The notes beneath the pieces were generated by a model, which saw only the letters and a list, made by a program, of their open reading frames with translations, was not told where the DNA came from and did not search any database. Below are positions 25,587-36,770 of a DNA stretch of 64,000 nucleotides, one piece after another. Position 1 is the stretch's first letter; each line of letters begins with the position of its first letter. The translations under genes were made by a program, and so were the position numbers. The stretch comes from Squalus acanthias (lineage: Eukaryota): assembly GCA_030390025.1 (NCBI GenBank), contig CM059438.1, positions 52,826,001 through 52,890,000 of the forward strand, in the 5' to 3' direction.

Positions 25587-25984
25587 GATTTGCCTTTAAC
25601 AAATCTGTGCTGGCTTTCCTTAATCAATCCACACTTGTCCAAGTGACTGTTAACTTTGTCCCTGATTATCATTTCTAAAAGCTTCCCCACTACCGAGGTT
25701 AAACTGGCCTGTAGTTGCTGGATTTATCCTTACACCCTTTTTTGAACAAGGGTGCAACATTTGCAATTCTCCAGTCCTCTGGCACCACCCCCATATCTAA
25801 GGAGGTTTGGAAGATTATGGCCAGTACCTCCGCGATTTCCTCCTTAACTTTCCTCAGCGTCCCATCCGATCCTGGTGACTCATCAACTTTAAGTACAGAC
25901 AGCCTTTCTAGTACCTCCTCATTATCAATTTTTATCTCATCCAGTATCTCCTCTACCTTCTCTTTCACTATTTCACTATTTAGC

Positions 25985-26640
25985 CCCCATAGTCTCCCGA
26001 TGCACTGATCTTCAGTTAGATCCAAGGAAGTGACTCTGCCTGTACATCCTGTGTGCTAAATAAAGCCTGCGACAAGCACCTTCCCACACCCGCTGTCTTC
26101 TGACAGGCCCTGCTGCTGCTGGTGCCAGTTGTTGAGGCTGGTGCTACTGCTGGCCTTCTTCCTCCAGCTGTTCTTTGATCCAAATAAAACAGGTGTTAAT
26201 AGCACCCATGATAAGCAAATAGTGCTTACTGAGGGGAAGTAAGGCACAAAATATCAGAAAAAAGTAATCTGGAAGCTGGAAACTTTCTTGGCAATCCAAA
26301 TAGCACACAGATAAACTTACTTATGGGTGTGTGTCCCTTTAAATACTGCTTTGGTGGCTTTGAGAGACCAATCCCGTTAAGTTTTACTGGCGGGTTGGGC
26401 ACTGGACGGGACTTCCACAATTTTGTGTTAAAATGGTGTCGGGGTCTGAATTGCATCACAGCTCCTGGATTTGCATGCATTCATGAGGTCCCCACCTGTC
26501 TCTGGCAATGACTCTGCCGACTCACAAAACTACATGATTAACATAATGACAAGTAGGATTGCAGCAGTAAGTCCATTACAGCGATTTTAACCACCTGCCG
26601 CCCCGTTCCCATTGGGCACACAGGTTAAAACCAGCTTTTA
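25985..26640 (-). mobile_element. Degenerate Harbinger left end and transposase N-terminal region
   Basis: The minus strand carries a Q-rich tract and HRMYRQ-like segment resembling transposase starts at 38700 and 54900. Confidence 0.5.
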
Positions 26641-26796
26641 AGTGTAATTTTCAAGTGAAGTGGGCTTAGACAGTGGGGGATAATTGGACCAGGACACACC
26701 GATGTAATTCAGTCCCCATTTTAAAGTCATACATTCTGTCCTGATTTTTATATTCCCATTATAAATTCCTATGTCAACACTTATAATGTAAATTGC

Positions 26797-26900
26797 CTAT
26801 GTGAATTTGTCACACTGTAACTACACCCTCCCGCCAGTGGTGGTGCAGCAGTTTCACCACTGCCAGGAGGGAGTTATTACAGTGTGACAAATTTACATAG
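26797..26900. repeat. Long inverted repeat / hairpin
   Basis: CTATGTGAATTTGTCACACTGTAA pairs with TTACAGTGTGACAAATTTACATAG (1 mismatch). Inner stems are CCCTCC/GGAGGG and CAGTGGTG/CACCACTG. Confidence 0.85.
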
Positions 26901-27277
26901 ACAGTCTCCATAATAAATGTGGATATAAATATTTATATCGGAAAAAGTTGACAGGAAGTGTGCACAGGATATTTTTAATATATTATAGATCTAATAGATA
27001 TATCTTTTAAAAGGTTTGGACTAGACAGTTTCTGAAGAGATACCATAAATAAATGGTGTTGATTGGGGAAGGATAGGGAAAGCTACATTTGCCCTGACAA
27101 TGTCCCTCTATATGAAGCTTCATGGGTTCAGCACAATACAAGGATGTGAATACCAAAAGCTCAAGAGAAAGTTTAAGCAACACCTGTAACTATTTTGTTG
27201 AAGATAATGCTGTTTGTAACAGAGATAATAGTAATTTTAAACTTTCTCTTTTAGACATGTGACCAATTAAAACTTAC

Positions 27278-27396
27278 ATTGCTTTACTTGGTGGCATGCT
27301 TCCAGAGCAATTGACTAATGCCTGTGATAATGTTGTATCATTCCTTTGTTGGTCATTACAGAAGTACAGATTTCTGAATTCATTCACCTGCAGTGC
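27278..27396 (-). CDS. ABCG2: ABCG2-like transporter, internal exon equivalent to human exon 15 (119 bp, extracellular loop 3)
   Basis: gtttttttaAG acceptor and phase-2 GTAAGT donor. Translates ALQVNEFRNLYFCNDQQRNDTTLSQALVNCSGSMPPSKA, with the conserved ALQxNEF...FC motif. Confidence 0.88.
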
Positions 27397-27427
27397 CTTA
27401 AAAAAACATATTTAAGAGTTACTTAAA

Positions 27428-28337
27428 TCATGCTGCCCATCGGTGACATCATCCAAAGACATGCCAGATTCCATATGTACGCTGACAAGGCCCAGATCTA
27501 CCTCACCACCACCTTTCTTGACCCCTTCACTGCCTCTGTGTTGTCAGACTGCTTGTCCAACATCTAGTCCTGAATGAACCACAATTTCCTCCCATTAAAC
27601 ACTGGGAAGACCAAAGCCATTTTCTTCAGACCCCGCCACAACCTCCATTCCCTAGCTACTGATTCCATCCCCTCCCTGGCCACTGTCTGAGGTTGAACCA
27701 GACTGTTCACAACTTCGGTATCCTATTTGAACCTGAGCTGAGCTTCCAACCCCATATCTTCTCCATCACAAAAACCACCTACTTCCAATGGTCTCTCAGC
27801 TGGCCTTCCATCTTTCACCCGCCATAAACTTAAGCTCATCCAGAAATCTGTTGCCTGTATCGTAACTTGCACCAAGTCCCGTGCATCCATTGCCCCTGTG
27901 CTCGCTGACCTACATTGACTCCCGGTCCATCAATACCTCAAATTTAAACTTCTCATCCTTGTGTTCAAATCCGTCCGTGGCATAGCCCTTCCTCTGTAAC
28001 CTCCTCCAGCCCTACAACCCTCCGAGAATTCTGTGTTCCTCCAACTCTGGCCCCTTGTGCATTCCCCACTTCCTTCACCCACCATTAGCAGCTGTACCTT
28101 CAGCCACCTAGGTTCTAAGCTCTGGAATTCCCTCCGTAATCCTCTCCGCTTCTCCATCTCTCTATCCTCCTTTAAGACACTCCTTAAAATCTACCTCTTT
28201 GACCAAGCTTTTGGTCACCTGTCTTAATGTCTCCTTCTTTGGCTCGATGCCATTTTATGTCTGGTTATGCTCCTGTGAAGCGCCTCGAGACATATTACTA
28301 CATTAATGGTGCTATATAAATGCATATTGTTGTTGTT
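27428..28337 (+). mobile_element. L2 LINE 3' fragment with internal deletion
   Basis: FHMYAD..QIYL RT motif, L2-type C-terminus, gctatataaa...(ttg)n tail. Confidence 0.85.
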
Positions 28338-28806
28338 ACTTAATCTATTCCTTATTATAACATGCAGGATACATTCTAAATATTTTTTATTGGTTAACTG
28401 AAACTATTGCAGTGAAATGACCTTTGATGAAAAGTAGGATTTGTAATGGGTCACTTTGTGGGGTTGCATTCCCAGTGTGGAGCCTTGTTAGACAGGAGCG
28501 TGAGTCAGAGACAGGGCTATAATACTATAGAGCCAATTCTCCATCCCAAGCACCTGCTTAGTGAAGCTCAATGTTAAATTATCCCTGCATGTTCTGCTGC
28601 AGGTTCAACAGATATACAAATGCCATCGACGTCCTTCTTATCCCCCCCACCCCGTGCCCCCCCATGAAATGTTTCCTCACTATCACAATGTAAATTCAAA
28701 GATGCAGGCTTGTGGAGTTTGGTGTTTTAGCTGATATTGTAGAAACAAAACTGCAAACTGTTCTGGTCTTGTTAACGTAACAACAAGAAGATAAGCAATA
28801 ACTTAC

Positions 28807-28896
28807 TGCAAAGCAGTATCTAGGGAGACTGACGTACTGGAGCCAGCTCAGCCAGTCTGCAACACTTGGCAAGTTCACAAGAAGGCCAGAAAAGGT
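28807..28896 (-). CDS. ABCG2: ABCG2-like transporter, internal exon equivalent to human exon 14 (90 bp)
   Basis: ttttattggcAG acceptor and GTAAGT donor. Translates TFSGLLVNLPSVADWLSWLQYVSLPRYCFA versus human IFSGLLVNLTTIASWLSWLQYFSIPRYGFT. Confidence 0.95.
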
Positions 28897-29101
28897 CTGC
28901 CAATAAAATAAAATGTATTGACATAATCAGAAATGTGAAGTACCAAATGTTACTTGTTAATTAATGATATGAAAGCAATAATATCTATAGAAAAGTTCTA
29001 TGTATGGCATGCAATCTCCATAAGGCAAAACTGAGCATGCAGAATTTTGGGCTGTGAGCATTTTAATTGTCTCAAATCTTCCATTTATTAACAAAAACAT
29101 T

Positions 29102-29804
29102 GGGGTGAATTTTAACCCCCAAAAATGGGTAGGTTGGGGTCGGGTCAGGTGTTAAAAAATTTTAATCTCAAACCCGACCCCAAACTGCCTCCAACCCACC
29201 ACCCACTTCCGGGTTTAACGGAAACGGGACAAGGGGTGGGCTGCCAACACGTTCCCAGGAGGCGGGTTGGCAATTTAAATATTTTAATGAGGCTGGCAGT
29301 CTCTGATTTAACCTGATTTACAGGTTTAACAGTGGCTGGCCGGGTTTCCCAGGCCTCGGGAAACCCGACAGCTGAAGAGAGGTGAGGACAGCTTCGGGTA
29401 GAAGGTAGTTGCCATTACAGCACTGCTTGTGGGCCAGGAGGAGCATGAGTGCTTCCCCCCTGCCCCCCGTCCCACAAGCTCCCTCTCCCATACAAAGACC
29501 GCTGGGGTCGGGGACCGGACCCCCTCCCGGGGTTGGGGATTGGACCTCCCCGCCCTGGGGTCAGGGATCGGACCTCGCCCCCGGGGTTGGGAATCAGACC
29601 TACCTGGTCCTGTGGCCTGCTCCGGAGTCCTCCCCGCCCGACTGGAAGCCAAGCCTGTGAATCAGGCTGACTTCTGGGCAGGGAACCTGTCAAGTGCAAA
29701 AGACACATGCTGTGGGGTTAAAACTCCACTATATGTGGTTTCCTGTTCACAACTCCACCCCCTCCCCCCTGCCTACGCAACCCGCCCCTGTTAGTATCCA
29801 GGCC
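29102..29804. mobile_element. Harbinger-type MITE (degenerate)
   Basis: Ends GGGGTGAATTTTAAC / GTTAGTATCCAGGCC flanked by ATT on both sides. Confidence 0.6.
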
Positions 29805-30491
29805 ATTGTGCCAGATTTTCCTCCGTGGTGAATTTGCCATTGAAACAGCACCAAAAAGGCACTTCCACTCACCAGTGTTTTATTACTGAGGGGCAGTCCA
29901 ATTTTCCTTGGTGGACTGTCATTGAATAATCATGGCAGACTCCTGTGCCATTAGCACCCTCTGTAGGGTGACCACACCGCAGGCATGGTTGGGTGGGGTG
30001 GGGGGGGGAGGGGCGGTGGTGAGGTGGATTCAGTGTTGTTGCAGCAGCTGAAAGGGCCAAGGCAACCATTTAGTAACTGTAATACTGTGGCTCACTAAAA
30101 TGTCAGACTAGTGCTTCTTCAAGGCACCGAGCCCACAAGTTTAAACTCTACATTTCAGGTGTCATTGTCTGCAGCCTGAAAAAGGAGGACCCAGCTTCTT
30201 AGTGCTGAGAAAGGAGGTCCACAAATGGCATAATCCAAGCCCACAGAAGGTGGCTTTGCAGTCAGAGCCACCTGAGATAACCATTGCACTGGTACACAAT
30301 GCCAAAAGAAGTAAACTGGCATCTCCAGGGCATCTCTTAAGTAAACAACTGCCAGTCATACCTAACAATGCACTGTAATAAGGATAATTTCCCAGTTGCA
30401 ACCAATTTGCCCTTATTGTGTTGTGCAGGTAAATACAGCAACCAACTTGCACACAGCAAATTCACACAAACAGCAGATGAGTAAAATGCCC

Positions 30492-30603
30492 AAAAAGCAA
30501 AATACTGCAGATGCTAGAAATTTGAAGCAAAAACAGAAAATGCTGGAAACACTCAGCAGGTCAGGCAGCATCTGTGGAGAGAACAGACAAGTTAACATTT
30601 CAG
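30492..30603 (-). mobile_element. Penelope-type terminal repeat fragment
   Basis: Reverse complement matches 37781-37892 but lacks the CTGATGA half of the hammerhead motif. Confidence 0.8.
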
Positions 30604-30607
30604 ATAT

Positions 30608-30745
30608 TACATAGAATAAACAGCACAGAAACATGCTTTTCAGTCCAACTAGTCCGTGGTGGTGTTTATATTCCACAGGAGTCTCCTCCCATTCCATCTG
30701 CCTCATATCAGCTTTTCAACATATTTTTCTATTTCCTTTCCTCTC
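30608..30745 (-). mobile_element. Degenerate CR1 3' UTR and tail
   Basis: Minus strand ...ttggactgaaaagcatgtttctgtgctgtttattctatg resembles a CR1 3' end. Confidence 0.6.
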
Positions 30746-30774
30746 TCAGGAAGACCTGTCAAATTTATGAATAG

Positions 30775-31250
30775 AGATCGGCCCCAAAACCTAACTAAAA
30801 CTTCAAATAAATTTAAAAAAAAACATCACATTTTTAAAATAACTATAAATTACATTAAATTTTTGAAAAGATTACTTACAGTTTTTAACAGGGCTAAAAA
30901 TAAACTTACCTTTCTTTAAAGTATTTAAAAAAGATAAACCTGTGGAAAAAATGTTTAAATTTTACTTAATTCACCTCTTACCTTGTTAAAGGCAGGCCTT
31001 GCGCCTACTTTTTCAACGCACATCTGCTAGGAACTTACCCGCACGGAGAAACCTGAAAAAAAGCGGAAGTTCCAGGCGTATGCGCTGTCTCTCCGGCGCA
31101 CGTGTTTGACCTCCGAACCCCTTCCTTCAAGGGAACGGAAGTTCCGGTTTCCAGCGCATGCGCAGTGCATGCGCGAAACCGGCACTTTCGTTGAGTCTGC
31201 GGGTGAGTACACTGCGCGTACTCACCCGTGGAGACCCGAATTTCTGGCCC
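30775..31250. mobile_element. One end of a Harbinger-type non-autonomous element
   Basis: Terminal CCCGAATTTCTGGCCC resembles the MITE TIRs, with a CpG-rich subterminus. The other end was not found. Confidence 0.6.
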
Positions 31251-32532
31251 GTTGCATTCTTCCTCAGTGTTAGCTGTACTCCCCAGTTTGGTATCATCTG
31301 CAAATTTTGATATTGAGTTACATGTTCCTAAGTCCAAATCATTGATGTAAATTATGAATAACAGTGGGCCCAACACTGATCCTTGTGGAACACCACTTTC
31401 TGCCTTCCTTCAATCTGAATAACTACCCTTTACCCCTACTCTCTGCTTTCTAGTTTTTAGTCAATTTGCTATCCATTCAGCTATTTGTCCCCCGACTCCA
31501 CATGCCCTAACCTTTGTCATGAGCCTATCGTGTGCTACCTTATTGAAGGCCTTTTGAAAATCCAAGTATACGACATCTATTATATTACCTTTGTCTACTC
31601 TTTCCATTATCTCTTCAAATAATTCTATCAGGTTAGTTAAGCATGACTTAGCCTTTAGAATCCAATGCTGACTTTTTTTAAATTATATTTTCTGTCTGTA
31701 GATGATCTTCTATCACTTCTTTAAGTATAGATTGCAGTATCTTTCCTATCACTGATGGAAAGCTGACTGTCCTATAGTTCCCAGGTTTTGTTCTATTTTC
31801 TTTTTGTATATAGGAACAACATTAGCTGTCCGCCAGTCCTCTGGCACTGTCCCCTCTTCTATGGAACTTTTATATATATAAATTAGTGCCTCTGCTGTCG
31901 CCTCTCTAGTTTCCTTGAGTATGGCTGAGTGCATACCATCCAGACCTGGGGTTTTATACTCTTTGGGGGAAAAATTCGGTTGCTTTGCGCCTCCCGTTAG
32001 CGCCCTCAGAGGGCGCTAACGGGGCGCAAAGCAACTAGAGCCCGGGCGCGTCGCCACCACACTCCCGCGAAATTCAGCGGGAGGTTAGCAGCGGCGGTAA
32101 CCATTAGCGCCCCATGGTGCTGCGCCGCCGAAGATGACGTCATCGCCGTGCACAGTGCCCCGGCCGCGATCTTCGGTAGCGCCCCCTGACTTACTGCTGG
32201 ACGCTATGTCCGATGGTGTCAGCGGGGCCTACCTGCGGCCGGGGCGGCGCTATTTAAAGGCAAGGTGCCAGGCGACCATTTTTTTGCTGGCTGCCTGCCA
32301 GCACCTGCCTCCGCTGACGTTCCGGCCTCCTGACCCGCCCCCCCGCGGAGTGCCGGCTGCGCTCCATGAGCCCGGCACTTCTCTTGAGTGCCGGGCTCTT
32401 TTGCCGGCACTCCGATCGCGCTGCGCAAGGCCCCTCCCCTTTAAGAAACATAGAAGATAGGAGCAGGAGTAGGCCATTCGGCCCCTCAAGCCTGCTCCGC
32501 CATTCAATGAGATCATGGCTGATCATCCAAAC

Positions 32533-35382
32533 TCAGTTACCTGTACCTGCCTTCTCCCCATATCCCTTGATACCTTTATCTTTAAGAAATATATCTAACT
32601 CATTCTTCAATATATTTAATGACTTGGCCTCAACTACCTTCTGTGGTAGAGAATTCCACAGGTTCACCACTCTCTGGGTGAAGAAATTCTTCCTCATTTC
32701 TGTCCTAAATGGCTTACCCCTTATCCTTAGATTATGACCCCTGGTTCTGGACTCTCCGACCATCGGGAACATTCTTCCTGCATCTAGTTTGTCCAGACCT
32801 GTCAGAATTTTATATGTTTCGATGAGATCCCCTCTCATTCTTCTATACTCCAGTGAGTATAAGCCCAATCGACCCAATCTCTCCTCATATGTCATTCCTG
32901 CCATCCCAGGTATCAGCCTTCTGAATCTTCGCTGAACTCCTTCCATGGCAAGAACATCCTTCCTCAGATAAGGCGACCAAAACTGCACACAGTACTCAAG
33001 GTGTGGTCTCACCAAGGCCCTGTACAACTGCAGCAGGACATCCCTGTTCCTATACTCAAACCCTTTCGCTATGAAGGCCAACATACCATTTGCCTTCTTC
33101 ACCGCCTGCTGCACCTGCATGCTTACCTTCAGCGACTGGTGCACAAGGACACCCAGGTCTCGTTGCACTTCCCCTTCTCCCAATCTATTGCCATTCAGAT
33201 AATAGTCTGCCTTTCTGTTTTTGACACCAAAGTGGATAACCTCGCATTTATCCACGTTATATTGCATCTGGCTCGCTTCTGCCCACTCACCCAACCTGTC
33301 CAAATCATCCTGGAGTTTCTCAGTATCCTCCTCGTAGCACACACGCCCACCCAGCTTTGTGTCGTCTGCAAACTTGGAGATATTACATTTAGTTCCCTTA
33401 TCTAGATCATTAATGTATATTGTGAATAGCTGGGATCCAAGGACCGAACCCTGCGGTACCCCACTAGTCACTGCCTGCCACTTGGAAAAAGACCCATTAA
33501 TTCCTACTCTCTGCTTTCTGTCCGCCAACCAGTTCTCTATCCAAGTCAATACCTTGCCCCCAATCCCATGTGCCTTAACTTTACACGCTAATCTCTTATG
33601 CGGGACCTTATCGAAAGCCTTTTGAAAGTCCAAATACACCACATCTACTGGTTCTCCCTTATCTATTTTCCCAGTTACATCCTCAAAAAATTCCAGTAGA
33701 TTAGTCAAGCACGATTTACCTTTTGTAAATCCATGTTGACTTTGTCCGATCCTGTCACTGTTTTTCAAGTGCTCAGCTATTACATCCTTTATAATGGACT
33801 CTAGCATTTTCCCTAATACCGATGTCAGGCTTACCGGTCTGTAATTCCCCGCTTTCTCTCTACCACCCTTTTTGAATAGTGGGGTAACATTAGCTACCCT
33901 CCAATCCATGGGTACAGTTCCAGATTCCATCGAATGTTGGAAGATGATCAGCAATGCATCTACTATTTCTAGGGCCACTTCCTTAAGTACCCTAGGATAT
34001 AGATTATCAGGCCCTGGGGATTTATCGGCCTTCAATACCGTCAATTTCCCTAACACCATTTCCCTGCAAATACTGATTTCTTTCAGTTCCTCCCTTTCAT
34101 CAGACCGTATGTTCTCCAACATATTTGTGTCCTCCTTTGTGAAGACAGAACCAAAATATGCATTTAATTGGGCTGTCATTTCTTTGTTCCCCATTATAAC
34201 TTCCCCCGCTTCTGACTGCAAGGGACCTACACTTGATTTCACTAATCTTTTTCTCTTCACATATCTATAAAAGCTCTTACAGTCAGTTTTTATGTTCCCT
34301 GAAAGCTTACTTTCATATTCTATTTCCCCCTTCTTAATTAATCCCTTTGTCCTCCTTTGTTGAATCCTAAACTGTTCCCAATCCTCAGGATTACCGCTTT
34401 TTCTGGCCAATTTATATGCCCTCTCCTTGGATCTTATGCTATCCCTAATTTCCCTTGTTAGCCACGGTTGAGTCACCGTTTTTGTTTTATTCTTATGCCA
34501 CACTGGGATGAACAAATTCTGTAGTTCATCCATGCAGTCTTTGAATGTTTGCCATTGCCTATCCACCGTCAACCCTTTGAGTGACATTCCCCAATCAATC
34601 CTACCCATTTCGCGCCTCATATCATCGTAGTTTCCTTTATTTAAATTCAGGACCCTAGTCTCTGATTCAACTACTTCACTCTCCATCCTAATGAAGAATT
34701 CTATCATATTATGATCACTCTGACCCAAGGGGCCTCGTACAACAAGATTGCTAATTAATCCTTTCTCGTTACATAATACCCAGTCTAAGATGGCCTGATC
34801 TCTGGTTGGTTCCTCGACATATTGTTCCAGAAAACCATCCCGTAAACATTCTAGGAGTTCCTCCTCCACAGTATTTTTACTAATTTGGTTAGCCCAATCT
34901 ATATGTAAATTAAAGTCACCCATGATGACTGCTGTGCCCTTACTGCATGCTTCTCTAATTTCCCTTTTAATGCCGTCCCCAACCTCCGTATTACTGTTTG
35001 GAGGTCTATATACCACTCCCACTAACGTTTTCTGCCCCTTGTTATTTCTCAGTTCTACCCATACAGATTCCGCATCATCAGAGCTAATATCCTTCCTTTC
35101 AATTGTGTTAATCCCCTCTTTAACCAGCAATGCTACCCCACCTCCCTTTCTTTTTTGCCTATCTTTCCTAAATATTGAATATCCCTGGATGTTGAGTTCC
35201 CAGCCTTGGCCACCCTGGAGCCATGTTTCTGTAATCCCAATCAAATCGTATTCATTTACCTCTATTTGCGCAGCTAATTCATCCACCTTGTTCCGAATGC
35301 TCCTTGCATTAAGACAGAAAGCCTTCAGGCTTGTTTTTTTAACGTTCTCAGACCTATATGAATTATTATTTACTGTGACCAT
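32533..35382 (-). CDS. CR1 ORF2p (APE endonuclease + reverse transcriptase), 949 aa
   Basis: [34 protein letters not shown] and KFADD all present. 12-bp in-frame deletion (NLPE) relative to copy A. Confidence 0.95.
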   Translation of the reverse strand: MVTVNNNSYRSENVKKTSLKAFCLNARSIRNKVDELAAQIEVNEYDLIGITETWLQGGQGWELNIQGYSIFRKDRQKRKGGGVALLVKEGINTIERKDISSDDAESVWVELRNNKGQKTLVGVVYRPPNSNTEVGDGIKREIREACSKGTAVIMGDFNLHIDWANQISKNTVEEELLECLRDGFLEQYVEEPTRDQAILDWVLCNEKGLISNLVVRGPLGQSDHNMIEFFIRMESEVVESETRVLNLNKGNYDDMRREMGRIDWGMSLKGLTVDRQWQTFKDCMDELQNLFIPVWHKNKTKTVTQPWLTREIRDSIRSKERAYKLARKSGNPEDWEQFRIQQRRTKGLIKKGEIEYESKLSGNIKTDCKSFYRYVKRKRLVKSSVGPLQSEAGEVIMGNKEMTAQLNAYFGSVFTKEDTNMLENIRSDEREELKEISICREMVLGKLTVLKADKSPGPDNLYPRVLKEVALEIVDALLIIFQHSMESGTVPMDWRVANVTPLFKKGGREKAGNYRPVSLTSVLGKMLESIIKDVIAEHLKNSDRIGQSQHGFTKGKSCLTNLLEFFEDVTGKIDKGEPVDVVYLDFQKAFDKVPHKRLACKVKAHGIGGKVLTWIENWLADRKQRVGINGSFSKWQAVTSGVPQGSVLGSQLFTIYINDLDKGTKCNISKFADDTKLGGRVCYEEDTEKLQDDLDRLGEWAEASQMQYNVDKCEVIHFGVKNRKADYYLNGNRLGEGEVQRDLGVLVHQSLKVSMQVQQAVKKANGMLAFIAKGFEYRNRDVLLQLYRALVRPHLEYCVQFWSPYLRKDVLAMEGVQRRFRRLIPGMAGMTYEERLGRLGLYSLEYRRMRGDLIETYKILTGLDKLDAGRMFPMVGESRTRGHNLRIRGKPFRTEMRKNFFTQRVVNLWNSLPQKVVEAKSLNILKNELDIFLKDKGIKGYGEKAGTGN

Positions 35383-35504
35383 GTTTGATTTAAACCGTTG
35401 AGTTCTTTGCCTTCTACTTTTGTTTTTCTCCTTCCTGTCTTTTGCTTTTATCCTTGTTTCCCTTTCCTCTGTCTCCCTGCTCAGGTTCCCAACCCCCTGC
35501 CACT

Positions 35505-36455
35505 TTAGTTTAAACCCTCCCCAACAGCACTAGCAAACACTCCCCCTAGGACATCGGTCCCGGCCCTGCCCAGGTGCAGACCGTCCCGTTTGTACTGGTC
35601 CCACCTCTCCCAGAACTGGTTCCAATGTCCAAGGAATTTGAATCCCTCCCCCTTGCACCATTCCTCTAGCCACGTATTCATTTGAAATATCCTCCTATTT
35701 CTACTCTGACTAGCACGTGGCACTAGTAGCAATCCTGAGATTACTACCTTTGAGGTCCTATTTTTTAATTTACCTCCTAACTCCCTATATTCTGCTTTTA
35801 GGACCTCATCCCGGTTTTTACCTATATCGTTGATGCCTATGTGCACCACGACAACTGACTGTTCGCCCTCCCCCTCCAAAATGTTCTGTAGCCGCTCCGA
35901 GACGTCCTTGACCCTTGCACCAGGGAGGCAACACACCATCCTGGAGTCTCGTTTGCGGCCGCAGAAACGCCTATCTATTCCCCTTACAATTGAGTCCCCT
36001 ATCACTATAGCTCTTCCACACTTTTTCCTCCCAGCCTGTGCAGCAGAGCCACCCATGGTGCCAGGAAGTTGGCTGCTGCTGCCTTCCCCTGATATGTCAT
36101 CCCCCCCAACAGTATCCAAAGTGGTATATCTGTTTGAGAGGGGGATGGCCACAGGGGACCCTTGCACTACCTGCCTGCACCTCTTACTCTGCCTGGTGGT
36201 CACCCATTCACTTCCTGCCTGTACACCCGTTACCTGCGGTGTGACCAACTCGCTAAACGTGCTATCCACGACGTTCTCAGCGTCGCGAATGCTCCAATAT
36301 GCATCCATCCGCAGCTCCAGTGCCGCAATGCGGTCTATCAGTAGCTGCAGCTGGATACACTTCCCACACACATGGTTGTCAGGGACACAGGAAGCGTCCC
36401 TGATTTCCCACATATAGCAAGAGGAGCATATCACGGGGCGGAGCTCTCCTGCCAT
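35505..36455 (-). CDS. CR1 ORF1p (zinc-binding CxxC pair + SGNH esterase), 316 aa
   Basis: GDS, GxND and DxxH motifs intact. Confidence 0.93.
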   Translation of the reverse strand: MAGELRPVICSSCYMWEIRDASCVPDNHVCGKCIQLQLLIDRIAALELRMDAYWSIRDAENVVDSTFSELVTPQVTGVQAGSEWVTTRQSKRCRQVVQGSPVAIPLSNRYTTLDTVGGDDISGEGSSSQLPGTMGGSAAQAGRKKCGRAIVIGDSIVRGIDRRFCGRKRDSRMVCCLPGARVKDVSERLQNILEGEGEQSVVVVHIGINDIGKNRDEVLKAEYRELGGKLKNRTSKVVISGLLLVPRASQSRNRRIFQMNTWLEEWCKGEGFKFLGHWNQFWERWDQYKRDGLHLGRAGTDVLGGVFASAVGEGLN

Positions 36456-36543
36456 GACTTACCCTTTTATTAATTAATTAAAATTAAATTAAATGAATCC
36501 CACCAATTTCACTTCAATTAAATGATATACTCAAGGGCCCTTT

Positions 36544-36770
36544 CCCGACACTGGCCTCTGTAAAAAGCCCACGAAAGTGAGTTTAACTACTCACTGTGCT
36601 GCTGCTCTCTCCGCTCCCAACACTGGCCTCTGTAAAAAAGCCCGCGAAAGTGAGTTTAACTACTCACTGTGCTGCTGCTCTCTCTGCTCCCGACACTGGC
36701 CTCTGTAAAAAAGCCCGCGAAAGTGAGTTTAACTACTCACTGTGCTGCTGCTCTCTCCGCTCCTGACACT
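36544..36770 (-). repeat. Tandem monomers (about 73 bp, 3 copies plus a fragment) at the 5' end of CR1 copy B
   Basis: Units start at 36544, 36616 and 36689, with a partial unit at 36762. Confidence 0.92.

Larger units (their letters stand above)
23060..25980 (-). mobile_element. CR1 3' half, degenerate, interrupted by two MITEs
   Basis: RT and C-terminal motifs in ORFs 23296-23643, 24283-24966 and 25699-26025. Tail attctatgattcta near 23060. Confidence 0.9.
32445..36770 (-). mobile_element. Full-length young CR1 LINE (copy B), both ORFs open
   Basis: ORF1 316 aa, ORF2 949 aa, 3' UTR and tail, tandem-repeat 5' end. Confidence 0.97.

Noticed and set aside
1..27277. Final ABCG2 exon (CTG..YL..QG...W.LW.N)
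   Set aside because: Not found by eye on the minus strand. It probably lies beyond the window start, but I could have missed a divergent exon.
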